From NCBI GenBank assembly GCA_964589445.1, contig CAZPQX010000001.1, forward strand, positions 28,600-92,599: 64,000 bases of DNA, written 5' to 3'. A program made the position numbers and the translations under genes. Origin of the DNA: an uncultured Candidatus Saccharibacteria bacterium (GTDB lineage: Bacteria > Patescibacteriota > Minisyncoccia > Phycocordibacterales > WO2-35-19). Below the pieces are notes generated by a model. The model was not told the origin of the DNA and ran no database searches. It saw only the letters and a list, made by a program, of their open reading frames with translations. Below, in pieces: positions 45,659 to 57,000 of the stretch (positions are counted from its first letter, which is position 1; the number at the start of each line of letters is the position of its first letter).

Positions 45659-46101
45659 ATTATTTCTGTTTTATACTTCTTTTTCATTTCCGCAAGCGTT
45701 TCTTCTATAATAAATTTTAGCACTTTCAGATCGATATCCGCCACACTTTTTATAGCAAGGCATGATTTGCCTGAAATTTTATACTTCCCGAGCTTTTCAA
45801 TGTCTTTTTTATAACTCTCCCAACCAATGATGTTGTATAGAGTGAAGCCCGTTTTAGAGACAGCAAAGCCTGTCATAAGGTATGAATGTTCCCCTCCTTT
45901 ACTGTCCAAGTAATGATATTTCCCAAACCCAAAGATTTTATTCCACATCACGCACGGTGAGCCAGTAGCTTTTGAGTACAGGTCAACCAAAGCCAACGCT
46001 TCGCTCTGCACTTTTTCCTTACCCTTAAAGTTTTCTTTCAAATATTTTTCAGGGCTAATGGTTGTTGGTTGTGTTTTGTTGGTGTAGGTCATAATGTTCA
46101 T
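45655..46101 (-). CDS. DUF1801 (YdhG-like) protein
   Basis: IFGFGKYHY, GFA and LGKYK..GKSCL.IK...DIDL pattern; the start could be 46092. Confidence 0.75.
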   Translation of the reverse strand: MNIMTYTNKTQPTTISPEKYLKENFKGKEKVQSEALALVDLYSKATGSPCVMWNKIFGFGKYHYLDSKGGEHSYLMTGFAVSKTGFTLYNIIGWESYKKDIEKLGKYKISGKSCLAIKSVADIDLKVLKFIIEETLAEMKKKYKTEII

Positions 46102-49100
46102 TTATTTTTTTGATCGTATCAAGTACCGGCGGATTACTTACACCCTCGGGAATCACAGGATCTGTGTCCTCAGGACTTAGACCCATTGCATCTGGATCAG
46201 TTGTACCTATTTCCCAAGCGTTCTTATTTATAAAACTACTTTTTACAATACCGTGATCAAAAAATATCTTAGGGGGAAAAGACTGTTTATCCTTTATAAA
46301 AGATGGTGCAATGAGATAAAAACCCCATCGCTTAAAGCTATTTATAAAGCCATTAAGATTGTTTAGAGACTGAGGAGTCATTGTATGTGTTCTTCCAGCA
46401 TTTAACACTAGTTTTCCTTTTGACTCTTCGGCATTAGCGAAGTTTGTTGATATTACAAACCTATACCAAAGTGGATTTTTCTTAGAAAAGCCCATTATTG
46501 TCGTTACTCGCATTCTATTTTCGGGGTCTTCTTTTCCAAGAAGTTCTTGCCAGTTTTTAAAGATGGCTTTTGCTTTGTCTTCGTTTGTGAACATTACCGC
46601 TAGGACTGGAGGTTCGTCTGGCGCAACAAGATAAGCAATGCCCTCCCATCCAGCCTCATCCCAAAGATGCGCCTCGATAATTGAGATGTTTTCCATCTGA
46701 TCATGACGTATAGCTTTTCTATCTTTAGCATCTTTCTCGTCCCTTTCATCAGGGTCATCTCTTAACTGCTTCAATAAATCATGTTTTATCTTCCCAGCCT
46801 CGGATTCGTTATATTCATATTTCTTGTTTGTTTCAGTAATCCATTCTTTGATATCTCTCTTAGGTTTGTATCCTAAAACATTACCCTGAACAACTAGTGG
46901 CGACGCGAATGTAAAAGCTCGCACACTAACCTCTTCGTCTCGAAAAAGCTTTTCAAGGTCAGTGTGTGCATCTCTGAATGAAATCGAGTGTCCAATAATA
47001 TTAACCACTGCATCAAACATATCCTTGTAAATACTTTCTTGTTCGGATCGTTTAAGAGAATGAGGATTAAAGTCTCCACAAGTTATATTAAATGTAACAG
47101 CTCCATCCTTTTTTACCTCATGAGAAACTTTAATACCCAGAGCCTCATCTTTAGTGATTGTAATGCTCACAACACTTTTATTCCCATGAGAGTCCATTTC
47201 TACAGTCGTAGCCAAAAATCCCTCAAGAGAAGCAAGGATGTATTCTCCAATTTCAATATTTGGGCTGCAGTTCTTAGTTTTAACAATGAAAGTTGTTCCT
47301 AAAATAATAGATTTAAGTTCAACTTCATCATTGATGTAAAAAGATGGTTTGTCTGACAGTTGTGCTTGGCTCGGCTGAGTGAAATGTGAATCAAAGTATT
47401 CATCAATCTCCTGATCATTCATCTTTTCCAACAATACTTGCGGCAACGCCTTCTTTCCACATAATCGATATATCAAGGCATGCGCAGCAAGATCCAAATC
47501 CATACTCATCAAAGTATCTGGTAAAAACTCCAACGATGGCAAAACTTCTTCGGGAGTTTTAATCAATAGCAGTCCTAACTGAGCACCATAGAACATGTCA
47601 TCATGCAAGAGTTTTTCTTTCTCTTCATGACTCTTAATGAACTGACCATTCATTATGTGGTTAAGTTGATGCCACTCAAGAGAATATCCCACTCTACCCA
47701 AACGAAGCTCGAGTAATCTCAGCCGATCATACGAAAGTAATTGCAACTTATTAATCTCACTTTTACTATGAAAATCCATAGTCGTATATGATGCTGCGTG
47801 TAGCATGGCAGCCCTTGCGGCCCATAACAATCCAACAGCCTCATAGGTAAAAGATAGATGTGCAAGAGCAATTACAAGCCCATTTCTTTCTTCTTCTTTG
47901 TAGAGTGGAACCAATGATTTACCCAGACTTGAAATTGCTTTATAAAATCTTTTTCCATCTATGTGTTGCATTGATCGCTCCAAGATCACTCGTGCGGCCT
48001 CGGTCGAACTTTTTCTTTCAGAGATAACTTCTACCAGTTTATCCTGAAGTTTTTCAAAGCTTTCATTTCCAGAGTAAACATCATTTATTTCTCCAATTAG
48101 CGTGTAAATCCTTTCTAGAGGGAATCCGAGTAAGCCTTTGGAGCGATCGACAATGTCACTAATATTATTAAAGATTTCACTCATGGCATTCTGATCTTTT
48201 CTTGACCATGGGATCTCTAACATAATCAGCATAAACTCTGCTTGTAATGCCGCACTTGGTCTAGACTCATCGTTCTTGAATGCTTCAAGTTTCTCCTGAA
48301 CTATTTTCTTTTTCGAGTCCGTATAAGAAACCTCAACTTTATCTGTACTAGCTGCCAAAGTCCTCATTAGACCAAGTAAGTTATTGAGTCTTTCAACCAC
48401 TGAAAAATTGACAGTACCATCGGTTAGTGATTCGATTTCCTGATAGTTATTGATCAATATATCGTAATCGTTATACCAAAAATAAAGTGTCCATATTTCA
48501 TTATACTTTGCATTAAAACTTTGTTCAGAGGATCCGTATTTTTCCGCTAATCTTTTTGCACGAGCAAATAAACCTTCGACTTCTATCTTGGGTTTTTCCA
48601 TTTCAGCCGCTACAATTGCAGATGAAAGAGCATCGTCTACTATTGCAAAGTTAACTCTATCTTCTTGCACAGCCTCATCGATGCTTTTGTTCATTTTTTC
48701 AAAGGCAGCTTGTCGATCTGTATCCCTTGGTCCAATCCTTACAATCTCCTTGTAGGCAGGATCTATTTTGAGTTCCTCAATAGCAAGATATTGTAGTCTG
48801 TTCCCGAAGACCTTATCGATTATCCAAGTTCGATCATGTATCGTAACCGGGACACCATACTGTTTGGTTAGAGCATCTTCTACTTTTGCTCTCTGATCAG
48901 CCTTAACGAACCTGCTGGTTACAAAGAATAATCTTTTATAATCTCTGCCTACTTCGATCATTTTCTTTACGTCGCCATCAACCTTGGTTTTCCAATTTAC
49001 CGTTGTACTAAAAGCGAAGCCCCAACGTTCGTTAGGCACTTTTTCAACTCCGAAATAGTGTGTATCTTTAATTACTTCTGATACTGGTGCAGTTTCAGTA

Positions 49101-49372
49101 TCAACCTTACCGTCACCGCCTCCAACAGGACCCGTTTGTTTCCTTAGGTTGGGCTGAATCACGAGCTGACAAAGTTTTCGTGCAAACTCTTCGAAATCGT
49201 ACTCTTGCTTCTTAATCGATAATGTCTCTAAATGGTACTCCAGTTCCAAACTATTGAGCTGTGATTCTTTTATCACTTCCGTGTCTGAAAAACTACCCGG
49301 TCGTCGTTTTTCCATGAAGCTTCGTGGAGAAAAGTTTGTACCATCATTTTCGCGTTTAACTTTTTGTTTCAT
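46055..49372 (-). CDS. Large protein with N-terminal restriction-endonuclease-like domain and helical (TPR-like) core
   Basis: FEEFARKL...GGGDGKVD...W..K...DVKK pattern; start placed at ATG 49372. Confidence 0.6.
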   Translation of the reverse strand: MKQKVKRENDGTNFSPRSFMEKRRPGSFSDTEVIKESQLNSLELEYHLETLSIKKQEYDFEEFARKLCQLVIQPNLRKQTGPVGGGDGKVDTETAPVSEVIKDTHYFGVEKVPNERWGFAFSTTVNWKTKVDGDVKKMIEVGRDYKRLFFVTSRFVKADQRAKVEDALTKQYGVPVTIHDRTWIIDKVFGNRLQYLAIEELKIDPAYKEIVRIGPRDTDRQAAFEKMNKSIDEAVQEDRVNFAIVDDALSSAIVAAEMEKPKIEVEGLFARAKRLAEKYGSSEQSFNAKYNEIWTLYFWYNDYDILINNYQEIESLTDGTVNFSVVERLNNLLGLMRTLAASTDKVEVSYTDSKKKIVQEKLEAFKNDESRPSAALQAEFMLIMLEIPWSRKDQNAMSEIFNNISDIVDRSKGLLGFPLERIYTLIGEINDVYSGNESFEKLQDKLVEVISERKSSTEAARVILERSMQHIDGKRFYKAISSLGKSLVPLYKEEERNGLVIALAHLSFTYEAVGLLWAARAAMLHAASYTTMDFHSKSEINKLQLLSYDRLRLLELRLGRVGYSLEWHQLNHIMNGQFIKSHEEKEKLLHDDMFYGAQLGLLLIKTPEEVLPSLEFLPDTLMSMDLDLAAHALIYRLCGKKALPQVLLEKMNDQEIDEYFDSHFTQPSQAQLSDKPSFYINDEVELKSIILGTTFIVKTKNCSPNIEIGEYILASLEGFLATTVEMDSHGNKSVVSITITKDEALGIKVSHEVKKDGAVTFNITCGDFNPHSLKRSEQESIYKDMFDAVVNIIGHSISFRDAHTDLEKLFRDEEVSVRAFTFASPLVVQGNVLGYKPKRDIKEWITETNKKYEYNESEAGKIKHDLLKQLRDDPDERDEKDAKDRKAIRHDQMENISIIEAHLWDEAGWEGIAYLVAPDEPPVLAVMFTNEDKAKAIFKNWQELLGKEDPENRMRVTTIMGFSKKNPLWYRFVISTNFANAEESKGKLVLNAGRTHTMTPQSLNNLNGFINSFKRWGFYLIAPSFIKDKQSFPPKIFFDHGIVKSSFINKNAWEIGTTDPDAMGLSPEDTDPVIPEGVSNPPVLDTIKKINEHYDLHQQNTTNNH

Positions 49373-49465
49373 AATCTTTTTAATTACTAAACACCTTCGT
49401 ACACACCTCCACCAAAAATCCATTTGTGTCGCGGAGGTGGTTAAAGATTGTGCATCCGTATTTAA

Positions 49466-49885
49466 TCATATATTGAAATTAAAATGATTCACCGCGACCT
49501 CTTCGCCACCTATCGCGCGGTAAAATGCTACGGCTCCCTCATCTTCTGACTCGGCCTCGACAAAAATAGTCCCGACACCTCGTGCGCGCGCTTCTTGCTT
49601 CAATGCTTCCACAAGCTGCTTGCCCAAGCCTTTCTTTTGAAACAGAGGACTCACAGCAATGTCATAGACATACAATTCTTTTGTTCCATGAATTGGTGTC
49701 ATGAAAAATGCTACCAACCCACCAACAACATGCGCTTCCACCACCGCTCCCAAGATCACACATGAACTGTTTTTAATCATTGAGGATAAGTATTCATCTG
49801 TCGTGTTGTACGGAGACTCAAATGCAAGCGAAAAGGCAGTAGCAAGCTCTTTCAATTCAGCTATATTTTCTAATTTTTTTATCAT
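49466..49885 (-). CDS. GNAT acetyltransferase resembling the AAC(3)-I family
   Basis: ELYVYDIAV...QKKGLGKQL...IFVEA..ED.GA..FY; start 49885 or 49909. Confidence 0.75.
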   Translation of the reverse strand: MIKKLENIAELKELATAFSLAFESPYNTTDEYLSSMIKNSSCVILGAVVEAHVVGGLVAFFMTPIHGTKELYVYDIAVSPLFQKKGLGKQLVEALKQEARARGVGTIFVEAESEDEGAVAFYRAIGGEEVAVNHFNFNI

Positions 49886-50016
49886 AATTTGCTTATATAT
49901 AAACTCCATAATAAACAAAATAACTGAAATAATACAATGTAAATGTCTATATATTTGGAAAATAAGTGTTTTTATGTAAAAATAGTCTGGTACAAGCATT
50001 TTGTACGAAAACATAC

Positions 50017-50105
50017 GGAGACGTGTCAGAGTGGTCTAATGTGCCTCTTTGCTAAAGAGGTGTGCCCTTTAAAAGGCACCGACGGTTCGAATCCGTCCGT
50101 CTCCG
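50017..50105 (+). tRNA. tRNA-Ser(GCT)
   Basis: GGAGACG/CGTCTCC acceptor stem, CCTCT-TTGCTAA-AGAGG anticodon arm, long variable arm, GACGG-TTCGAAT-CCGTC T-arm. Confidence 0.95.
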
Positions 50106-50215
50106 CATTGACAACCTGTTAGTTTTGTTGACCCATATGCTCGATGCCGAGCTGTGACCCACAAAGCTACAGTTGTAAGAAAAAGAGCGAACAATCGCTC
50201 TTTTTCTTTTACTAC

Positions 50216-50806
50216 TCAACCTGCCTTCGGTAACGGAACTACTAGCTCAAAGCCATTAGCACTGGTGTTGTGCGGATCCTCAGCAAGACCAATACAGAAC
50301 GTATTAAGCGGACTTTCCGGTAGATCTATCGTACCCATCCCTTCCGTTGGTTGATATCCTCCTGCCGTAAACGGCAGACCGTTCTCCCCGAGGAAGGAAA
50401 AGATAATAACAACGCTGTTCGTGTTGGTCGGCGGCGTAAGCACAAGCGGGTTTGGCTTCGGCTGGTCGTTATCGAGTGTCTGCCAATCCTTTATGCGAAT
50501 CATAAAAAGCACGCCCGAGACAGGTAACGGCACTTTGTAAAATGCTCGTTCCGTCTTGCCGTTTACAATCTCTTTCACTTCGAGCAGGTTGTCTGGGAAC
50601 TTGTACGAGATGTCGAGGGTTGTCGGGTCGGTGCGCTTGATAGGAACAGGTAATGTAGTTGGCACATCCGTGCCTCTCGTCAGGTCGGCTATCTTGTTCT
50701 TGAAAGAGAGCTTGAGACAGCCGCGTCCCTGCGCGTCCTTGAAATACAGAAGCGATCCGAGGTATTTATTGCCTATCAGTAGATGTGACTTGATCTCGTT
50801 GCTCAT
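50216..50806 (-). CDS. Hypothetical protein
   Basis: 196-aa ORF overlapping the end of the DUF2726 gene. Confidence 0.6.
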   Translation of the reverse strand: MSNEIKSHLLIGNKYLGSLLYFKDAQGRGCLKLSFKNKIADLTRGTDVPTTLPVPIKRTDPTTLDISYKFPDNLLEVKEIVNGKTERAFYKVPLPVSGVLFMIRIKDWQTLDNDQPKPNPLVLTPPTNTNSVVIIFSFLGENGLPFTAGGYQPTEGMGTIDLPESPLNTFCIGLAEDPHNTSANGFELVVPLPKAG

Positions 50807-51293
50807 ATTCGTTTATGCGCTGGGCTAGTTCAGCAGGATCAAAGCGACCTTTGTTTTCTATTCGGAGCAGTGGCACGCCCGCATCAGCTAAAATGCGCTC
50901 CACCTCTTTGTCTCGCTCCTGTCGGTCAGGTCGTTCATGACTTTTGTCGTCTAGCTCAATGGCGAGCTTGGGCGAAATGTACGCCTTGTCGCACAGCACG
51001 AAATCAACGGACTTGCGGTTGATGTGTGCGAGTGCCGCACGCCAGTCCTGTCCCTTCACTTTGTTATCAAGAATGGTCGGGAGATGCACCTGTGCGAAGA
51101 CGTAGTATTTGTCGCCAACAGCGGCAATGAGTGCACCATAGAATTCGTGCTCAGCACGAGTGAGGAAGAATTGCTTACGGGTGTAGCGATACTTTGGTTT
51201 CTCGCGTTCTTCGCCGCCTTCAACAACCGCCTTGAGAATAGCTAGAGCTATGAAGAGGACTATGACGATTCCTGCGAGGATATAAATATTCAT
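50766..51293 (-). CDS. DUF2726 domain protein
   Basis: N-terminal TM; LTRAE, VFAQV, VDFVLCD and IELDDKSH....R..RD motifs. Confidence 0.88.
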   Translation of the reverse strand: MNIYILAGIVIVLFIALAILKAVVEGGEEREKPKYRYTRKQFFLTRAEHEFYGALIAAVGDKYYVFAQVHLPTILDNKVKGQDWRAALAHINRKSVDFVLCDKAYISPKLAIELDDKSHERPDRQERDKEVERILADAGVPLLRIENKGRFDPAELAQRINEYEQRDQVTSTDRQ

Positions 51294-51302
51294 CCGATTT
51301 CA

Positions 51303-52061
51303 TTAAGAGGACGCTGCTTCTTTAAAGCGGCTCACTTTGCCGTCGTGGATGTCTATCATGAAAGAAAGCAACATGTCGTAAACCAAAAGCCAGAGACCTC
51401 CATTCTTAGTTCCTCGTACGCGCGCTAACCACATGTTATGATTTGATATTTCATCCGCTTTGAAAGAATAGTCCTCCGAGAAAAAACCACCCTTTTCATT
51501 CTTCGCAATTTTATTAATGCAATCTTCTATCAGTTTTACGTATTCTGGGAATGGCTTCCAAAGTGCCATTTCATAAGCCGCCTTGACCATGTGAGAACCA
51601 TAGTTGCCGTTCTGTAGCTGTATGAGAAATTCATCATGCTCTGATTTGGTCTTGGCATACTTCGTAACCTCTACTTTCGTAAGATTCTCGAGGTATTCCG
51701 TTATGTATGGTTGGTTCCTCTCAACGAATTCTGAAACGGCCTTGTCGCTTACCTCCAGTAACTGAATTGAATTCAACAGGTTGATTAGCGCACTTACTCT
51801 AGAAAAAAGATTCTCCGATTTAAGCTCATTTATTTGTCGCTCAATGAGAGCCACAATCGCAGGCGGAATCTGATTGCCGTCTTGGCTCAGGATAAATTTG
51901 ACCTCACCTATAAGCTCTTCAATTTGCTTCCTTGAGTCGTGAATTATCTCAAGCTGTTCCTTTGAGGTCTTGGTTGCAAATTGATCAAAATATTGGACGG
52001 ATTTTATCTTGTTCATACACTTAATGTTATCAAAATTCGTTTCCTTTATCCAGAAAGGCAT
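51303..52061 (-). CDS. Hypothetical helical protein
   Basis: 252-aa ORF whose start overlaps the recombinase stop. Confidence 0.6.
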   Translation of the reverse strand: MPFWIKETNFDNIKCMNKIKSVQYFDQFATKTSKEQLEIIHDSRKQIEELIGEVKFILSQDGNQIPPAIVALIERQINELKSENLFSRVSALINLLNSIQLLEVSDKAVSEFVERNQPYITEYLENLTKVEVTKYAKTKSEHDEFLIQLQNGNYGSHMVKAAYEMALWKPFPEYVKLIEDCINKIAKNEKGGFFSEDYSFKADEISNHNMWLARVRGTKNGGLWLLVYDMLLSFMIDIHDGKVSRFKEAASS

Positions 52062-53413
52062 TATTCCTCTACCAGAGTAATCTTCTTGTCATTCAGCACC
52101 AGCCTCGACCGCAAGTGACCCATTAATTCGCGCTTCTCAAGCGGCGTTCCTTCGCGTAGCACATACTTGGCGTATTCGCGCGTGGCAATGTCATCCTCGT
52201 CGATCTGCATCTTCGGCTTGCCTTTGACCGCCAACCTTTGCAGTCGGTTGAATCGCTTGATTTCTTCCTCAAGTTTCATTCGCATACCAAGTTCATTCAT
52301 GTTCAGCCTATCGATGATCTTGAATAGCTCCTCGACTAATTCCTCCTCGCGTATGTATTTATTCTTGCAGTTACGATCCCTTGCCTTCGAGCAAGAGTAG
52401 TAGACGTACTTTGCGTTTGTTCCGTCCTTGAGCAGTTTGTATTTCTCCTGCGCCGTTATCCCTGACCCGCACATGCCACAGGTGAAGAGCTTTGTGAAGG
52501 CGAACTCTCGGTTCTCTCTGACTATCTTGTCTCGCTTCAGCTGTTCCTGCACCTTCCTGAACAGCTCCTCGGTTATCAGTGGCTCATGCGTGCCTTGATA
52601 CCACTGTCCTGAGTTTCGGGGATACTCAAATGGTCCATAGTAGATCGGCATCTGGAGCATTCGATACACTCCACTCAATGTTAGCGGCCTGTTGCCGCGA
52701 GTATGGAAGTTGAGGTCGAAGCGGAGCCAGTTGTATACCTTTCGTCCCGACCATTGTTCATACGCCACTTTCTCGAACATTTGCTTTACGATTGGCGCGC
52801 GTTGCGGATCGACGACGATCCTGCATTTCTTGTCCATGAGCTTTTGATTCAAGTATCCGAGCGGTGCCATGCCTGGCCACAATCCCATCTCCACTCTCGT
52901 TCGCAGTCCTCGCTTAACGTTGATACCTCGATTGTCGTTCTCCAATTTTGCTTGGCTTCCAAGGATCATCAGAAGAAACTTCTCGTTCGGGTTATTGCCG
53001 AACGTCTGTCCGAAAGTTCGGATCATGTGTAACTTTCCTGCATCCATCAAATCCACGATTCGTCCGAGATCTCCGGCATTTCTTGAGATGCGATCCGGTG
53101 CCCATGTGAGAATTCCGTTGTATTTGCCGTCCCTGACTTCTTCGACTATTTCATTGAACACTGGCCGTTGACCTGTCTCCTTAGCCGAGTGACTTTCTCG
53201 CTTCATGGTCACGATCTCCAGACCCTCCCGTTCCGCGAGCTGGAGCATCTCCTTGATCTGGCTGTCGATACTCAAGACTTGCCGTTCCTCAGACTCGCTA
53301 CTCTTTCTTGCGTAAAGGCAGTATTTCACCTTTACGGGGATTGCTTCTTGTTTGGCAGCCATCCCATGCGGCGCTTGTATTGTGTTATTCATACAACAAC
53401 ATTGATGACGCAA
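52061..53413 (-). CDS. Large serine recombinase (resolvase, recombinase and zinc-ribbon domains)
   Basis: YARKSS catalytic motif, DRISRN, PLGY, HEPLI and CGMCG...C...C; true start probably 53392 or 53362. Confidence 0.92.
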   Translation of the reverse strand: MRHQCCCMNNTIQAPHGMAAKQEAIPVKVKYCLYARKSSESEERQVLSIDSQIKEMLQLAEREGLEIVTMKRESHSAKETGQRPVFNEIVEEVRDGKYNGILTWAPDRISRNAGDLGRIVDLMDAGKLHMIRTFGQTFGNNPNEKFLLMILGSQAKLENDNRGINVKRGLRTRVEMGLWPGMAPLGYLNQKLMDKKCRIVVDPQRAPIVKQMFEKVAYEQWSGRKVYNWLRFDLNFHTRGNRPLTLSGVYRMLQMPIYYGPFEYPRNSGQWYQGTHEPLITEELFRKVQEQLKRDKIVRENREFAFTKLFTCGMCGSGITAQEKYKLLKDGTNAKYVYYSCSKARDRNCKNKYIREEELVEELFKIIDRLNMNELGMRMKLEEEIKRFNRLQRLAVKGKPKMQIDEDDIATREYAKYVLREGTPLEKRELMGHLRSRLVLNDKKITLVEE

Positions 53414-53445
53414 CCCTCCCTAGGAGTCCAGAGCGTCCCACATCC

Positions 53446-53778
53446 CTAAGAAGTTGGTAAATCGGTCGGCCTGAATTCCTCGATTTCTTTCCTGAGCCTC
53501 TCCATATCACTGAGTACTGCTGTATAGATTTTCTTTATCTTTTCTTTATCAAAATTTGATTCGTCGTTCTCTAAAAAATCGACAAGGTCATCGTCGAGGA
53601 AAGAAGCAAGCGATATGTACGCTCCCGCAAGAAGCTGCATTCGCTCTTTGATCGCTCGCTTCAAATGCTTCTTCGACTCAGGCAAGGAAGACATCCGGTT
53701 GAACGGCGTTGTGCCGGTCGGCTCATGGTATTTGAAATGCTTGCTCGCATCTATGATTGCCTCGATATCATCATTCAC
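53446..53778 (-). CDS. Hypothetical protein
   Basis: 110-aa ORF upstream of the recombinase. Confidence 0.5.
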   Translation of the reverse strand: MNDDIEAIIDASKHFKYHEPTGTTPFNRMSSLPESKKHLKRAIKERMQLLAGAYISLASFLDDDLVDFLENDESNFDKEKIKKIYTAVLSDMERLRKEIEEFRPTDLPTS

Positions 53779-53873
53779 ATAGCAAGGGATGACGCTGATC
53801 CATTTATAAGTCCAGACCTATCGCTCTTCGCAAAAAGTCTAAGATGTTGTAAACTTATGGTAAGTCACTATTT

Positions 53874-54065
53874 ATGGCGAAACCGGATGACAAACTAAAG
53901 AAATTGCCGGATATACTGACGCTTAAGCAAGCCTCGGATGTTCTAAATGTTCATCCAAACACTTTGCGTAATTGGGACAAAAAAGGGGTTCTAAAAGCGA
54001 TAAGATATGGTGACCGTCGAGATCGCCGTTTTAAGAAGAGTGACCTCCTAAAGTTACTCAAATAA
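53874..54065 (+). CDS. MerR-like/excisionase helix-turn-helix protein
   Basis: LTLKQASDVLNVHPNTLRNWDKKG.L...R.....RRF. Confidence 0.85.
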   Translation: MAKPDDKLKKLPDILTLKQASDVLNVHPNTLRNWDKKGVLKAIRYGDRRDRRFKKSDLLKLLK

Positions 54066-54066
54066 A

Positions 54067-57000
54067 ATGGCTCGCTTCACTCGTAAATTTGATGCAAAGG
54101 CATATTGGGCAACGAAGCCTTACTGCACAGTTTGCAAGAACCACAAAGTGAAGGAAGGAAATATATGCTATGAATGCAAACAAGCGGCAATGAAACAAAA
54201 ACGCGAACTCAATAAGAATAACGAGGTAGAGATAGAGTCTTTTGCCTCTGCTGATATTGAGACTCCAGAGCCGCGAAAGAAGCGCGTTTCTAATATTTCA
54301 GCTGAGGCACAAAACAAAGTCGTTCGACTGTTTACATATTTGGAGAAGGCCCTCGCTGTCGATGATTCCATTGTTCGAGATTTTCGTACCAATACAGCAG
54401 CACCTTCTCCATGGTGGCTGGCAGACTATCCTACAGACCTCGAGAACCTAAGTATCCGCCCTTTTGATACTGAGAAAACTCCTGAAGGCGTGCAATCTAC
54501 TTCATGGCTGAAGGTGGAGAAGAAGAACATCAAGGCGGCACCTGAACTGCCAAGCCAACTTGAAGAGTGGATCGATGAGGTTAACCCACTACAAGAGCCG
54601 GTCGCTAAAGAAAAGGTAGATCGAAAAGTCCGCTTTGCTGACGACAAAGATCGTGAGAAGGAATTCAAGAATTTCCGGAAGAATTTTGAGCAAGGAGATG
54701 AAATTCCTGAAATCCTAAAAGATTGGGTGACAATCTTGCCAAACCAGTTGCCAGAATCAATCAGTGTGAAATACGTTCCTGATAATTGGGCGGATCATCC
54801 TGAGCTTGCAAAGTTGCTCGATGGATATACCGAAAATGAATGGAAGCCATGGGCAGAGCAGGTGAAGAAAGTCTATAAAGCAAATCTTCTCTACGATCAG
54901 CTCTATGCGCTCCGATTGCTCCTGAAGAACGAAGGAGATAACTACGAGCTCCTGTTGGGTCATGGTGTTTTGACCTGGCAACATCAGGGAGTAGGCACGA
55001 TCTACACTCCAGTTTTCCTAAGCCCTCTTACGCTCGATTTTGATGCGTCAAAACGAACGATTGAAATCAACCCTGATCCGATGTTCAGGAATTTCGTCGA
55101 GACCTCATCGCTCTACGAGACTGACAATCCGGCTGAAATGGATCTCATCACTTGGGGAGATACCATCAATGCCAATCCGTTCGACTTCTGGCATCTTGAA
55201 ACCCTCAAAGGTCAAGCACAGACGCTAGTCAACTACATCTCACCGGACGGAGAAGATAATTTTACTGACGAAATCGTATCTGCTCCTACTGCATCAAAAA
55301 ATCCAAGTATCTGGAACGCTCCGGTGATCTTTGCTCGAAAGCGAACCAACGATATGTGGTCAAAGTACGCGGCTACGATTCGCAAGGATATCGAGCAGTA
55401 CGGAGTCGAAGCGACTGAATTCATCACTGACCTTGTTGGTGAATATGACGAAACTCCTGTAGGTGCGCGTGATGGATCTGATGGTGAACGCATGGAAAGC
55501 GGTAATGTATCTATTCCGGAATCAGAACTCTACTTCCCATTGCCTTGGAATGACGAGCAGAAGCGAATCGCAGAAAGACTCGATGCAAATTATGGTGTCG
55601 TAGTTAAAGGCCCGCCGGGTACTGGAAAGAGCCACACCATCGCAAACCTGATCTCTCGCTTCTTGGCACAGGGTAAGAGCGTCCTAGTTACTTCACAGAC
55701 GAGTAAGGCCTTAGAGGTGTTGCGTGAAAAGCTTCCTGAAAATATCAGGAGTCTTGCCGTGTCCCAGTTGCAACAGACTGCGAAGCGAGACGATGTGCTC
55801 CAGCAATCGATTGGAGAGATCAGCTCTAATCTCGGCGAGAGAGATACTAAATTTAGTGAAGCACGCGCAGAGAATGTCCGCAGGGATCTTAAGAAAGTCC
55901 GAGAAGAAAAGGCTACCCTCGCAGCAAAGATTCGGCAGTACATCCTTACTGACTCATCGGAGAATTTGGTTATCGATGGTGAAGAAATAAAGCCTATCGA
56001 TGCGGCAAAATTTGTCGATAAGAATAAAGACAACGAGGCTATCGCTTGGTTTACCGACAAGGTTCCATTTGATTCCGCCCCTAACTTTACAGAGGAAGAT
56101 TTGCAGGAAATTTATGACCTCGCCAAGGATGTGGAGGAGGTAGATCGATCTCTTCACAAAGAAGATTTACCTGATCACTCGATCCTCCCTAATGAGGACG
56201 TGGTATTGAGCGCATTCGCTGCGCATCGTGATCTCAGTGCTAAATCTAAGGCCTCTGACGAAGCGTTCAGCAAGGCGAAGATCGATCAAGAGACGCTTGG
56301 TCAGCTATGGGAACTCCTCAGCAGGGCGAAGAAAGTCTTGGGATCTATAAATCAGGATTACGAGCAGGAAATCTTCGACGCCTGTGCGATTAGCCAGAAT
56401 GAGCGTGATAAGTGGTCTTCTATCCTCTCAAAGATTTCAGAAAAGATTCAAATCGTGGCGAAGGGAAAGAACAATGCTATTGGACATGTCATTACCGGAC
56501 AATCCAATCTTTCAACTCACGACCTTCGCGAGGCAGTCGAAGCGTTGTATGCAAAAGCATCAAAGGGAAAACTTGGAACATTTGGCAAGATGCTTCTCCC
56601 TGGAAATGCAAAGCGCATTCTTGAAACCTACAAAGTGGATGGAGCGGGACCTGATAGTCCTGAGAGAGTAGAAATCTTGCGAAATTCGATACTTGTCGAA
56701 GCCGCAGAACGTGAGATCAAGACGCTCCTAGAGCAGGGACTTTCAGCTCTCAAGAACCCTCTCGAAATCGATCTGGATCGTCTTGATCTGGTCAAGCTCG
56801 AGGTATTCGTTGCAAGCATTCAAAGACTTGCAAACTATCATTCTGATTTCGCTGGAATCAATACCTGTTTCAATGAGGTGAAGGAACTCTCTGATCTGTC
56901 GTTCACTAAGAAGACCGACATTGAGACCGCTATCGAACTTACTGCATCGCGTGCAGCCGCATTTGAGCTTAAGAATCTCGAGAAATCATTTACAGAATGG

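Noticed and set aside
49386-49446. attC-like imperfect hairpin between the GNAT gene and the large nuclease-like gene
   Set aside because: The ends deviate from RYYYAAC/GTTRRRY, there is only one copy, and no integron integrase is in the window
53807-53835. Possible third copy of the GACCTAA motif (AAGTCCAGACCTATCG)
   Set aside because: It lacks the ATATGGTC and CCGTCCAA parts; the match is too short
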